Of a stretch of 64,000 nucleotides of DNA, positions 9,637-19,177 are shown piece by piece; the first letter of the stretch is position 1; each line of letters starts with the position of its first letter. The notes below the pieces were generated by a model, which saw nothing but the letters and a program-made list of their open reading frames with translations, did no database searches and was not told the DNA's origin. Position numbers and translations under genes: made by a program. This stretch comes from a virus (lineage: Duplodnaviria > Caudoviricetes). The stretch covers positions 64,001-128,000 of the IMG/VR virus record IMGVR_UViG_3300020120_000082. One strand, given 5' to 3'.

Positions 9637-9941
9637 GGTATGCAGATTTCAAGTCTGCGTTGTATTGGCCTATTAGCTCAACAAGCTGGTTTTGACGTGA
9701 TTTGGGGCAATGTTTTATCACTAAACTACAGGGTCATGCGTTTTACTTCACCACCAGAGACCCCGCGAGGATTTAAACCTCGGATCTTTGCCCGCTGACA
9801 AAAGTCAACTTGTTTTTACCCAGGCCCTGAACTTGTTGGAGCAATAAGCTGAGTGTCAGCAACGTCCCGATTTGGGACCGTTGCTATTGTGACCTGACAC
9901 TGACACTGACGCTGACGCTGACAACAAGACTGCTCCCAAAG
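9601..9941 (-). ncRNA. Putative structured ncRNA with circularly permuted tRNA-like domain
   Basis: T-arm CGAGG-TTTAAAT-CCTCG, looped acceptor-like stem CGGGGTC/GACCCTG, D-arm TA-GTTT-AGTGATA-AAAC, closing GGGCAA/TTGCCC. 5' (GTCAGN)x5 repeats and a 3' terminator. Confidence 0.7.
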
Positions 9942-10691
9942 TTATTCGCCGTCGATATACTTGAAGATCTTTTCGGACAGCTTCAAATCGACAGCCTGGA
10001 TATCGTTACCGCGCTGGCGAGCCTGCTTGACTGCCGCCAGCAATTCATTCAACCGCTCCATGCGATCCGCCTTGTCCTTCGGAGACAGCATGCCGGAAGT
10101 CTTGACGGTCGTCCAGATTCCATCGCGCACATCCACATCGATCAGATTGACCTGGGCTGGATGCCGATCAGTGGCATCGGCCAGGACAATGCGCTCCTTC
10201 ACCTTCTTCGTGCGATAGGTGATCGACGGCGCAGTCTTGAAAATGTCGTTATCCGCATCCTTGGTCCATTCGTCCGTGATGCTGTTGGTGGGAATGGCTG
10301 CGTACACGCTGCGCAGATCTTCCAGGCGGCTCTCCAGATTCAGCAGCGCCGTCACGGTCATGCCCTGGAAAAGCACCGTCCCGCCATTCAGGATGACGTC
10401 AGCAGATGCACCCGGCAGGGAATTGGACGTTTCCTTGGACAAAACCAGGTCCAGGTAGCGGCCATATTCCTTCTGGAGTGTCCCCAGAACGTCCTTCACC
10501 TCGGCGCTGAGCGGCTTGACTTCAGCCGGAAACTTATCGCCCTTCTCTTCGTCCAGAGTCTGATAGGTCTTGACCTGGCCGACAAACAGCGCCTCGCCGG
10601 TTTCGAAAAGCTTCTTGGTTTCAGCCAGGACTTTCTTGCCCCTGATCTTCAGATCGTCTTCAACTGCCAGCAGTTCGTGGATCTTGCCCAT
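9942..10691 (-). CDS. Conserved coiled-coil protein (resembles the DUF7873-type family, from recall)
   Basis: 249 aa, KIHELLAVE...KTYQTLDEE...ALLNLE...TKKV...ATDRHPAQV...SGML...AVKQARQRGN. Own promoter and AGGAGA RBS. Confidence 0.8.
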   Translation of the reverse strand: MGKIHELLAVEDDLKIRGKKVLAETKKLFETGEALFVGQVKTYQTLDEEKGDKFPAEVKPLSAEVKDVLGTLQKEYGRYLDLVLSKETSNSLPGASADVILNGGTVLFQGMTVTALLNLESRLEDLRSVYAAIPTNSITDEWTKDADNDIFKTAPSITYRTKKVKERIVLADATDRHPAQVNLIDVDVRDGIWTTVKTSGMLSPKDKADRMERLNELLAAVKQARQRGNDIQAVDLKLSEKIFKYIDGE

Positions 10692-10731
10692 GTGCGCCTG
10701 ATCTCCTGATTTCCCGTTCGCTATGTTGGTC

Positions 10732-10764
10732 GTAATATTACACCCGGAATGCTTTATCTGTCAA
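10732..10764 (-). promoter_or_regulatory. Sigma70-like promoter with palindromic -10 (GTAATATTAC)
   Basis: TTGACA-18nt-TAATAT upstream of the 249-aa gene. Confidence 0.7.
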
Positions 10765-10767
10765 CCG

Positions 10768-11235
10768 CTATTTGGGATGGTTGCGCCGATAATATTTCCT
10801 GGCATTTTGGATGGCACATTGTTTGCAAGTCCTGGCATATCCATCCCGGATCACATTCGAATGCCCAAATTCAAACAGGGATTTATTCTCGTGACAACGG
10901 TTGCAGTGCCGCAAGCCTAGTTTGATCAAGTCTGCGTTTCGATTGGGACGATGAGCGCCCAGATTATGAGACAGTGACGCAATTGAGTTTATGCTGTATC
11001 CAGTCTGATCGGCTATCTTGTCAATGCCGACTCCGTCTGAATAAAGACGAGCTACGACTTTCCTGATCGGCAATTTCCTGGCCACATTCAGTGCCCTGCT
11101 ATTGCCGATGCGAAGTCGAACCGCTTCCCCGGTAATGCCATAAATATCTGCGATTTGTTTGTTATTCTTGCCCTGGCGGCGAAGTTCAAGCATCTCTTCA
11201 TCACGCTGCAAGTAATAATCTCTATCTGGTCTCAT
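10768..11235 (-). CDS. HTH DNA-binding protein with C-terminal Zn-finger
   Basis: NNKQIADIYGITGEAVR and IDKIADQTGYS HTH motifs; CNRC...CKQC. Confidence 0.7.
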   Translation of the reverse strand: MRPDRDYYLQRDEEMLELRRQGKNNKQIADIYGITGEAVRLRIGNSRALNVARKLPIRKVVARLYSDGVGIDKIADQTGYSINSIASLSHNLGAHRPNRNADLIKLGLRHCNRCHENKSLFEFGHSNVIRDGYARTCKQCAIQNARKYYRRNHPK

Positions 11236-11486
11236 TACCACTCGTTATTGAACCAGCTAAGCGTGGCGTGATAAACACCATCCGACTCGTCGGACATATC
11301 CAGGTCCAGGAACGGGTGGCTGTCGTAAGAGTCGTCTGTTTCGCGCCGACGCAGATGAATACAATCCGGACAGTTCGACAGATGGTCTTTCAGGGTTTGC
11401 TCGGTGAATGCCTTGCCACGTTGGCTGCGATAGCGCCCACAGGGAGAACGCAGCGCCGGATTAGTGGTTGTCTTCAGTTTCGGCAT
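11235..11486 (-). CDS. Hypothetical protein
   Basis: HxxxCxxC, acidic tail. Confidence 0.55.
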   Translation of the reverse strand: MPKLKTTTNPALRSPCGRYRSQRGKAFTEQTLKDHLSNCPDCIHLRRRETDDSYDSHPFLDLDMSDESDGVYHATLSWFNNEW

Positions 11487-11652
11487 CGTCTTTTACCACG
11501 GCTTGGGCATAGCGGTATTCGATATCATCATACTCATCTTTAAAACAAGTCACGCTGACTCCGCCCTGCAATTTCCAGCCATTATCAAGAAATTCCTGTA
11601 CATCTCTCAATACTTCCGAATAGTTTCCCATGGCCAGATTGTATTGCATCAT
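11461..11652 (-). CDS. DUF1737-like small protein
   Basis: VQEFLDNGWKLQGGVSV...YAQAVVK pattern. Confidence 0.6.
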   Translation of the reverse strand: MMQYNLAMGNYSEVLRDVQEFLDNGWKLQGGVSVTCFKDEYDDIEYRYAQAVVKDDAETEDNH

Positions 11653-12293
11653 TTCCAACTCCATGAATGCCAGTAGGAATGTGTCTGATTATCATTGATC
11701 CAAATGCCCAGTATGTAGTTGTCAGTATTAGCTTTCCCCAGGCTCTCACCTTTAGGGCCTGAGAATTGGGGGCGCTCAGCCAAAGAGACTATGTGCCGCG
11801 GCGGATATTCCTGGAATAGCCCCCTGGATCTTCCCTGGGTGTGAGCAAAGTCAGTGGGCAACAGGAAACAGATGATCCCGTTTGGTGCTAGAAAGCTGAA
11901 CGACTTCCGGATGAAAGCTTCGGCCCACACAAACGGCGGATTGCCAATCACCAGGTCGGGAGCCATCATGGTTGGCATCCACTTTAGATAGTCGGTGCGC
12001 GGGTGCCAGAAATTGTAGTCAGCAGGCTGGACTTTCTTGCGTAACTCTACGCCAGTCAGAACAAGCCCCTGCTGAAAAGATGGCCCAAAGTGATCACGCA
12101 CCGCCCCACCCCAAACGCCACTTCCGGCTCCTGGATCCAGAACGTACTGGATATAAGTGTGTGGGAAGTGCGTGTGAGTTGTCAGCCAGTTGACAGTTGC
12201 CTTGGCCAATGATAGGGGTGTCAGATAGGTGTCGTGAGATATACGAGGTCTAAGTTTTCCGATAACGCTTGAGTCTCTAAATATTACTGGCAT
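11649..12293 (-). CDS. DNA amino-methyltransferase (N6-adenine type)
   Basis: SAM-binding VLDPGAGSG and catalytic IGNPPF; DTYLTP N-terminal motif. Confidence 0.88.
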   Translation of the reverse strand: MPVIFRDSSVIGKLRPRISHDTYLTPLSLAKATVNWLTTHTHFPHTYIQYVLDPGAGSGVWGGAVRDHFGPSFQQGLVLTGVELRKKVQPADYNFWHPRTDYLKWMPTMMAPDLVIGNPPFVWAEAFIRKSFSFLAPNGIICFLLPTDFAHTQGRSRGLFQEYPPRHIVSLAERPQFSGPKGESLGKANTDNYILGIWINDNQTHSYWHSWSWK

Positions 12294-12489
12294 GTTATAT
12301 TTTAGTGGTTCTCGTTGTCGAAATAGTACACCCTGGCAGTCCAGAAATTCTCATCATCCAGAGTGAGCACGACATCGTTGACATGAATAAAGCGACGATA
12401 GAGATCGTCTAGAAATGGACGCATTTCGTTGAATAGATCGCTGACTTTCAGGTGTCCTGCTGAAAAGTATTCGACTTCTAATTTCATCA

Positions 12490-12963
12490 TTAGCCTTTCT
12501 TGATCTTGACCTCTTTGGGATGTATCGCTCTGCCCTTCTTGGGCTTGCCCTTCTTTTTGCCCTCGCCGGTTTGAGACTTAGTGTCCTTGCTCATCTCGGC
12601 TTGAACCTTGCGTGGAAAGTTGATCTTGTCTTGCTCCCATTGTTCATGCCAGCCCTCCGGCATGACAGGGTGTCGCCAGATATAGGGATCCGGAATTGGC
12701 AGGCCCTTGGCATGCAACATCAGCCCAATAGATGACTGACGGCGCTTGAGTAAGTCGATCTTGTCCTGGTATTCCAGATCTGGAATCCAACCATGCTCGT
12801 TATTCTGTCGGATGATGCTAATCTCCGAGTCCAACCCAAGCCAACGGCATTGTAATGGGTGCAGATCGCCTGGGCGAGCCGCTACCATCACGCTGCCGCT
12901 GGTTGGGTTTAGCATGGGCTCGGAGAAGTATCGATTAAGCGCGTCGATCTTCCCCTGATCCAT
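12490..12963 (-). CDS. Hypothetical protein
   Basis: 157 aa, basic tail; contains a palindrome copy. Confidence 0.65.
   Translation of the reverse strand: MDQGKIDALNRYFSEPMLNPTSGSVMVAARPGDLHPLQCRWLGLDSEISIIRQNNEHGWIPDLEYQDKIDLLKRRQSSIGLMLHAKGLPIPDPYIWRHPVMPEGWHEQWEQDKINFPRKVQAEMSKDTKSQTGEGKKKGKPKKGRAIHPKEVKIKKG
12771..12786. repeat. 16-bp palindrome, copy 3
   Basis: Exact copy, intragenic. Confidence 0.9.
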
Positions 12964-13460
12964 TACAGTTCCCAGGAAATGCCTTCCAGAATCGCAACGA
13001 CTTCATCATGCCAGTCTTCGTTTTCATCCAGGTTGCTGATCTCATTGGCAGCTTCTTCGATTGTCTGAACAGTCGACTCGCACATATCGGCCCGCTCCTG
13101 CAACATCTCGCCAGTCGGCCCTTCCTGCAAGCCCTGCGGCATGTTGTCCCGCTTTTCGGTTTGCTCTGCTCCAAGCTGCCTGACTTCATCTGCCAGGGCT
13201 TGCAGATCTCCCTGAATATCATCGATGAAAGTTATCTTTTTCCGCACATCATCGACTAGCGCAATCAGTGTATCTTCCAGGTCATAAGCCTGGGCCTGGA
13301 AGTCGCTGCTGGTGGTTTGGGAGCGCTTGGGCTGCGTCTTGAAATACTGTTTGACAAACCGACCACCCACCTGGTGCGACCATATCCAGTACTGATCGCC
13401 AACTTTTATACCTGCGGCCTTATTCTCTTTGCGTGCCTTCTTGACGTGAATGACTGTCAC
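12963..13460 (-). CDS. Phage hypothetical protein (helical, acidic)
   Basis: VKKARK...KVGDQYW...KRDNMPQGLQEGPTGEMLQER. Confidence 0.75.
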   Translation of the reverse strand: MTVIHVKKARKENKAAGIKVGDQYWIWSHQVGGRFVKQYFKTQPKRSQTTSSDFQAQAYDLEDTLIALVDDVRKKITFIDDIQGDLQALADEVRQLGAEQTEKRDNMPQGLQEGPTGEMLQERADMCESTVQTIEEAANEISNLDENEDWHDEVVAILEGISWEL

Positions 13461-13609
13461 TCGACCACTCCTGTTGGGTAATTTCTAGTGTATGTTTCCA
13501 GTCTCGAATTGCCGCACCACCCCCGGTTTGGGAACTGAACCGCCAGCAAGACACCCTGGCATCGACAATTTTGTTTTCCCAGGATTTCTCCAGTGTGTCT
13601 TTCTCGTCC

Positions 13610-13975
13610 TCATCCATCGATGATATCCTCTGCTGGGCCAGAAACTTGAGCCGGTTGTGGCTTGAAAAACGCCTCCGAGATCAGCGGCAGATCCGCCTTT
13701 CTGTAGTGCATGGCCACTTTCTTGGCCAGCTTGCGATCCGGCAATAGGCTGATGTACTTCAGCGTGATCGGCAATGGCGCTCCGCTCAGGAATTCAACCA
13801 GTTCGTTGACGCTGCACTTCCTGAGCCGCTGATCCAGGCTGGGATCCACTTTCACATGCTTGGTGTCTGGATCCTCCCAGAAACCCATGGCCAAGTCCCA
13901 TTTCACTCTGGTTTTAGGGTCTTCGATCTTGGCTCGTATACCCCAGTATTCAGCATAAGTCAGAGTCGCTGGCAT
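13610..13975 (-). CDS. Hypothetical protein
   Basis: 121 aa. Promoter-like GTAAGATTAC sits immediately upstream, so possibly leaderless. Confidence 0.65.
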   Translation of the reverse strand: MPATLTYAEYWGIRAKIEDPKTRVKWDLAMGFWEDPDTKHVKVDPSLDQRLRKCSVNELVEFLSGAPLPITLKYISLLPDRKLAKKVAMHYRKADLPLISEAFFKPQPAQVSGPAEDIIDG

Positions 13976-13984
13976 GTTGTAATC

Positions 13985-14317
13985 TTACACCAATCCGCTC
14001 CTTGCAGCAAACTGATCCATGGCCAATTCATTCTCTTCCAGTGGAACATAATCATCGGGAACATCCTCCCATTCCCACTCATCAATGTCGTCTACCGTTG
14101 GAAAACCTTCCCAATTGAAATACACCTCGACATATTCCGGTCCAAGTGGCTCTCGAAACTGATTGTCGCCAAAGACATTATGCGACTCGGGCAAAATCTT
14201 GGAAAGCTTTTCGACAGCCTCTTCTTTGCTCATGGCCAGCACTCTGGCGCAATAGCCCACTGGCCCATTCGTCGAATTGCCAAGCGAAAAGTGATACGAC
14301 TTCATGCGCCTAGTCAT
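13985..14317 (-). CDS. Acidic hypothetical protein
   Basis: Tight packing, D/E-rich C-terminus. Confidence 0.7.
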   Translation of the reverse strand: MTRRMKSYHFSLGNSTNGPVGYCARVLAMSKEEAVEKLSKILPESHNVFGDNQFREPLGPEYVEVYFNWEGFPTVDDIDEWEWEDVPDDYVPLEENELAMDQFAARSGLV

Positions 14318-14867
14318 TGATTAGATCCTTTCCCTTGAATGACCACTGATTGAATTTGACATTCCGCGGCTTATGCTTTTTGGCGTATTCATTCCAGAAG
14401 ATCCTGAATTCCTTATCGATTTCATTCATCTTTCGACTATGCAAACTCCAATCCCAATTGAGTTTCTCGCAAGCATCTGACCAGAGCTTGATCCTTGCTT
14501 TCAATTCATCTGGGCCGACTAATACAACGCAGACGCCCACGTTTCCATCCGGATACATCACCAGGACATCTTTCTTAAGATCGAAAGTCTCTACAAACTT
14601 ATCAACGCCATGCTGGATAGTCTCTTCTTCGGTCAGCCAGCCAAAACAAGTTTCCCCGGCTTTGTGCTTTTCCGAATCCCAACCTAACTTGTTGAGAGTG
14701 GCAGCATCTTTTTTGGAAAGCTTGCCGTACACACTTCTGGTTTCTCTTGCTTGATAATCCTGCTCTCCCTTGCGTTTTGGCCGTTCCCACTTCAGTTCCG
14801 CATAATAATGTTTGGCACCAATAGCTGATGTGCCAATATAGGACCTGATTTCAAGTTCGACAATCAT
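14310..14867 (-). CDS. Hypothetical protein
   Basis: 185 aa, GAKHYYAEL motif. Confidence 0.75.
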   Translation of the reverse strand: MIVELEIRSYIGTSAIGAKHYYAELKWERPKRKGEQDYQARETRSVYGKLSKKDAATLNKLGWDSEKHKAGETCFGWLTEEETIQHGVDKFVETFDLKKDVLVMYPDGNVGVCVVLVGPDELKARIKLWSDACEKLNWDWSLHSRKMNEIDKEFRIFWNEYAKKHKPRNVKFNQWSFKGKDLIND

Positions 14868-14870
14868 TGA

Positions 14871-15212
14871 TTACTTGCCCTTTACTAATTTGAACCGACG
14901 AAATTGTTCTCTGGCATCAGCCTCCAGGGCCTTCGTCCAGGTTTCTCCGCGATGTTTCATCTTGCTCCAGACCAGGTAATCCGTTTCTCTATTTTCTCGA
15001 ACCAGAGTTTCGACGTAGTTCCAATCATCTGACACCTGTTCCCGTATTCGCAGGGCTCCGTGATATTCTTCCAGCGCGAATTTCAAAACGGTTTCTGGAA
15101 ACATGCCAGAATTTGATCTAGCGTCGGCCATGCGTAGAATTGCACCAAACCAGTGCGCTTCATAAGCCATCAGCGCGAATTCTTTTTCAGTGGTTGTCTT
15201 CTGAATTGGCAT
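14871..15212 (-). CDS. Hypothetical protein
   Basis: Start at MPIQK. Confidence 0.65.
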   Translation of the reverse strand: MPIQKTTTEKEFALMAYEAHWFGAILRMADARSNSGMFPETVLKFALEEYHGALRIREQVSDDWNYVETLVRENRETDYLVWSKMKHRGETWTKALEADAREQFRRFKLVKGK

Positions 15213-15219
15213 GTTTGGC

Positions 15220-15600
15220 CTACGCGCACCACTCAACGCTGACAATACTGGTAATGTCCAGCGGCTCTATTTCAATCCACATGGTTTTATTCTTTAGTCT
15301 CTTCAGATATTCGATAGAGCGATGCTGTAAGTATGGATTTCCATCGCTCTCGTGGTAATCATGCCCAGCGCACCAACGTAAGCCTGCCAAAAGTCTCTCC
15401 TTGGCTTCGTTTTCGTCAGCCCCATAGACTAATTCGTTCACCGGGATGTAGTGTTCGCCTCGTATCCGGACAATGAATGGTTTCGAATTGCCTGGATCTT
15501 TCAGGTCCGGAAAAACATCTATCCTGGTACTGCCATTGCGCCAGTATGTGATGCTGTGATCTCCAAGATCCTGGATATGCTCACGCTCGGTTATTTTCAT
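15220..15600 (-). CDS. Hypothetical protein
   Basis: Start at MKITE. Confidence 0.65.
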   Translation of the reverse strand: MKITEREHIQDLGDHSITYWRNGSTRIDVFPDLKDPGNSKPFIVRIRGEHYIPVNELVYGADENEAKERLLAGLRWCAGHDYHESDGNPYLQHRSIEYLKRLKNKTMWIEIEPLDITSIVSVEWCA

Positions 15601-16025
15601 TGAACACCCAGTCGTTATCAGCAATCAGATCCGGCCTAAATTCTTTCAGAACCAACGCCAGAATACGTTTGCCCATATCTATGCACTCTTCCTCGGATGG
15701 CCATAAGGCTGGTGTGAACCCATCCGGTTCCTGGCTGTCATACAGAAAGATCAGGGAAGCGATCTGCTCTTCAACTGAAACCTGATGATCTGGATCAAGC
15801 CAGTCTTTGTAGCTCATGGTTTCCTCATACTTTCTGCTCTGATTTGGAGCACTTCACGCTCAGTAAATCCAGCCCGCTCATTGCGCTCGTCGCACAAACG
15901 CCTGGCTAGTTCCCAGTCTTTGCCCCAGCGCCAATCTGTTTTCCAGTAGCCTGTCTCTCCGCGCTTGGCAATGCAGGGAATGATCTGGCCATCTTCATCA
16001 ACTGCCGTTTCCATCACAAAAACAA

Positions 16026-16643
16026 CTAGATCGTTACTTGATGCGTTGTCCATATCTTGATCGCCTTTCTTGCTGACTCGCGGATCTGATTTTTTGTTGG
16101 CTCAATGGTTATCCAGCGCCCAATAACGCAGGACAGCAGGTAGAACCCAACCAGGTGTGGCCAGGGCTTGATGGTGTCCGGTGGTTTGAGAATAGATTTC
16201 AGTTCTCCATAATCTTTGGCCACGGTCAGCAGATGATCTAGTGGTTTATCAGGATCAAGCTCCAAATACTCCATAACATGCTTAGGCAGTTTCTCAGCCG
16301 GTAAGTTGGCATCTCCGTACTTGCGACCGGTGTTAACAATCAGTCCAGATTTGCTCTCGAAAATCTGGAATGTCCACTTCTCAAAGACTTGCTTGTTTTC
16401 TGAGCGACTGAAATCTTCAAGCGGATCCTTGCCATTCTCGTAAACCCATTCGGCATATTCCAGCCAGGCCCTATCTTGCTCCTGATCAGTCGGCAAGCTA
16501 TCCGATAAAGAAAGCTCCCAATTGCCGTCAGCGTCACATTCCCAGATTTCCCCTTCGGACTCGTCGTAAAGAGACTTGTGCCAGGTATGGCAGTCATCAC
16601 AGTAGTACGGGAGTTCAATGTATTCAGATAGTCCCATTCTCAT
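16026..16643 (-). CDS. Hypothetical protein
   Basis: 205 aa, CDDCH motif. Confidence 0.7.
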   Translation of the reverse strand: MRMGLSEYIELPYYCDDCHTWHKSLYDESEGEIWECDADGNWELSLSDSLPTDQEQDRAWLEYAEWVYENGKDPLEDFSRSENKQVFEKWTFQIFESKSGLIVNTGRKYGDANLPAEKLPKHVMEYLELDPDKPLDHLLTVAKDYGELKSILKPPDTIKPWPHLVGFYLLSCVIGRWITIEPTKNQIRESARKAIKIWTTHQVTI

Positions 16644-16897
16644 GCCTCGATTTCTCTGCGCTCAACCGGCCTACCATCCGAGAATGCTACGATCTGTCCA
16701 GTCTTTTTGCTGACCAATGCGAACTGGGATGTGGAATAGGGTTGCCAGTGGTACAGTTCGTAAAACCTGGCTGCACCCCGCTTGCCTAGCTCAACAAAGT
16801 AATCTCTGCCCTTGAGTTCGAACAGTTTTCTACCGCCTGCGCTGCCCATAGGCCATCTCGAACATTTTCTGTTGATAACTTCCTTCCCAATACGCAT
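16640..16897 (-). CDS. KGG/GsiB-like repeat small protein
   Basis: GSAGGRK...GRDYFVELGKRG resembles the KGG stress-protein motif. Confidence 0.45.
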   Translation of the reverse strand: MRIGKEVINRKCSRWPMGSAGGRKLFELKGRDYFVELGKRGAARFYELYHWQPYSTSQFALVSKKTGQIVAFSDGRPVERREIEA

Positions 16898-17114
16898 CTA
16901 CATCCTGAACCAAACGCTTTTTACAGATATGACAGTGATACATCTCGTCCTCGTCATAATCCGGATGATCATCATCCCAGGAAAAACAATTACCTCTCCC
17001 GTCCGGACCGTCACCTAGATAGCCATACCACCCGAATGCATCCGCTTCCGTCTTTGGAAAATCGTCGATGCAAAAATCGAGTGGATCAGACTGGCTGGTG
17101 TAAATACGTGGCAT
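16830..17114 (-). CDS. Acidic hypothetical protein
   Basis: GGAGG RBS; HPDY...CHIC. Confidence 0.65.
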   Translation of the reverse strand: MPRIYTSQSDPLDFCIDDFPKTEADAFGWYGYLGDGPDGRGNCFSWDDDHPDYDEDEMYHCHICKKRLVQDVDAYWEGSYQQKMFEMAYGQRRR

Positions 17115-17141
17115 TAGTCAGACACCTCCAGGCGCTTGCGG

Positions 17142-18256
17142 CTAATCATCTGGTCTCTCGTACTGCCTGATAACCATCTCTCCGCCCTTGATCTCATTTT
17201 CCAAGAGCAAATCCATCATAAAAACATCACGGCCTAGACTGGCCAGATCAATATCACAAATCAAATCATTGACCAATTTCTTGAGAAGCTCTGCTAACTC
17301 ATCGTCGTCCACAACGTCGATTTCAATTTCCACACGCAACCTACTCATCTATCCTTCTCCATCCAGATTGTCCATGGCACTCTCAATATCCTTGCGCCAG
17401 GCACTTACATCTTCGATGACTTCCAGCAGCTTATCCAGAGTATCGACCATTGCTGGTGTAGGGCTGGCCCAAAATGCGTTCGAGAGCTTCTCGTACTCCG
17501 CTCTCAATACGGTTTCAGACTCGATTGCCACGGCAATCGTTTCGTGCCCGCTCTCGCTGATGCTGTCTATAATGCTCATGTTCTACCTCCATGGAATTGC
17601 GTATCCAGCGGAATAACTCGCACCTACCAAGAGTTCCTGCACTTCTTTCCCCCGCTCGAATGTTGAGTACTGGCCAATCTCAACGCTATTGTAGAAATTG
17701 CCGTTGTTGTCCCAGATGTCCATCTTCAAGCGATAGCGATGGCCATTATCAGAATATGGGTGCAGGTTATATTCAACGCGAAACCGATCTGCCATTCTTA
17801 CTTACCTCCGCTTCCAGCATGTCGATGATCTCGTCCAGTGGAGCAATGATCCAGGTATTGCGCCAGTTACGTGTGCCCTCGCGAACTTCTTGCGTAAATT
17901 TCTCGTTTTCCTTAGAGAATACGCTGTAACCTGGCCTAGTAAAAGATGCCTTCTTCATTTCCGAATGTTCGCGTATCTGCTTCAACTCATCAAGAATGTG
18001 TTTAGTTCTCACGATTGTCTCTCTCTAAATTCTCCGGGTGAACCGGGATAGTGGACACGTATAGCTGCTGGTTTTCAAAGTCCTCGCCATTTTCAAGCTG
18101 AACCAGATAGCCGGAGATCATCGCCTGTCTCCATCCACCCTTGGGGCTTCGAACATCTCCTAGCCATCGACCATATCCACAAATTGTTCCGCGGATCCTT
18201 CTATTCACTATTACTGGTGTATTCAATGGTAGTTTACCGGCTGGGAACGCTTTCAT
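17142..18256 (-). other. Run of five small hypothetical genes (17142-17348, 17349-17579, 17583-17795, 17773-18012, 18002-18256)
   Basis: Contiguous 68-84 aa ORFs, most with purine-rich RBS-like sequences. Confidence 0.6.
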
Positions 18257-19154
18257 TGTAGTTTTTCATCCTGTCTTCTAGTTCGCGCTCGGCGTCATCT
18301 GTCCCGTAGAATCCGTAGCACGAGTCTTCATTGAGCAGATCGCCATTGAAATCATGCTCCTGAATGACAACGCCATAGACGCTGCCATTCATGTATTCGT
18401 TATATACTTTCACGGCTTGCTTGGCCCATTCGACCATCTTCTCCCGGCGTTTCTTACCAGTCAGGCCATTGGCTTCATCCACCCGCAGCACTTTATCCGG
18501 CACCCATACGGCTGCACCCCAACTCCAGTCGAACATGGCATCGACGCGATAGTCCAATGTGCCGGGAACTTCGTACATCTTGCCGCCATGCTCATAGATG
18601 TTTAGGAATACAGCATCGGGATCCCCAAAATCACCCCAGGCCTTGTGCTGCTCGATAATCTTGTCCCACTTGCCGCGGTAAGGACGCTTGATATTGCTGC
18701 GCTCCGCCTTGGCCTTGGGATCAATCAAGAGATCTGGCCAGTCTTTATAAGTCTGATTGGGCCAGACCCATTCCACCAGTTCTTGCAGGGCATTGTCGAT
18801 ATCAAACTTCTGATCGCCATAACGATCTAGTCCAGCCGCTTCGCGGTAAATATCCTGGATATCATTCCGAACTCGACTACCGCGTTCACCAAACTTTCCG
18901 AACCCGTCGCAGTCGCTGGTGGGATCCAGCGGATCTTCGTCGTTTACCAGATATCCGACACGATAGCCAGTGCTTGTTCTGGCTATCTTGATCCCCCCGC
19001 CATAATACTCACTGGGCTCGTGCGCCAACTCAATTCTGATGGAGTCGCTACTTGGATCACCCGACGCGATGCTTACAAAGTTGTCGATGGTATCCACTTC
19101 CCCCTCAATTTCGACATAGCGACTAACTCGCTTGTGAACTTTAGAGATTTTCAT
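18234..19154 (-). CDS. Phage hypothetical protein (YEHGG motif)
   Basis: 306 aa, FLNIYEHGG...YNEYMNGSVYG...DSCYGFYG. Confidence 0.8.
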   Translation of the reverse strand: MKISKVHKRVSRYVEIEGEVDTIDNFVSIASGDPSSDSIRIELAHEPSEYYGGGIKIARTSTGYRVGYLVNDEDPLDPTSDCDGFGKFGERGSRVRNDIQDIYREAAGLDRYGDQKFDIDNALQELVEWVWPNQTYKDWPDLLIDPKAKAERSNIKRPYRGKWDKIIEQHKAWGDFGDPDAVFLNIYEHGGKMYEVPGTLDYRVDAMFDWSWGAAVWVPDKVLRVDEANGLTGKKRREKMVEWAKQAVKVYNEYMNGSVYGVVIQEHDFNGDLLNEDSCYGFYGTDDAERELEDRMKNYNESVPSR

Positions 19155-19177
19155 TTACATTCTCCGTGAAGAAACTT

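Noticed and set aside
17142-17795. Three ORFs linked in frame by TAG, suggesting one readthrough protein
   Set aside because: Each downstream ATG has its own RBS (GGAGG, AAGGA), so this is ordinary tight packing.
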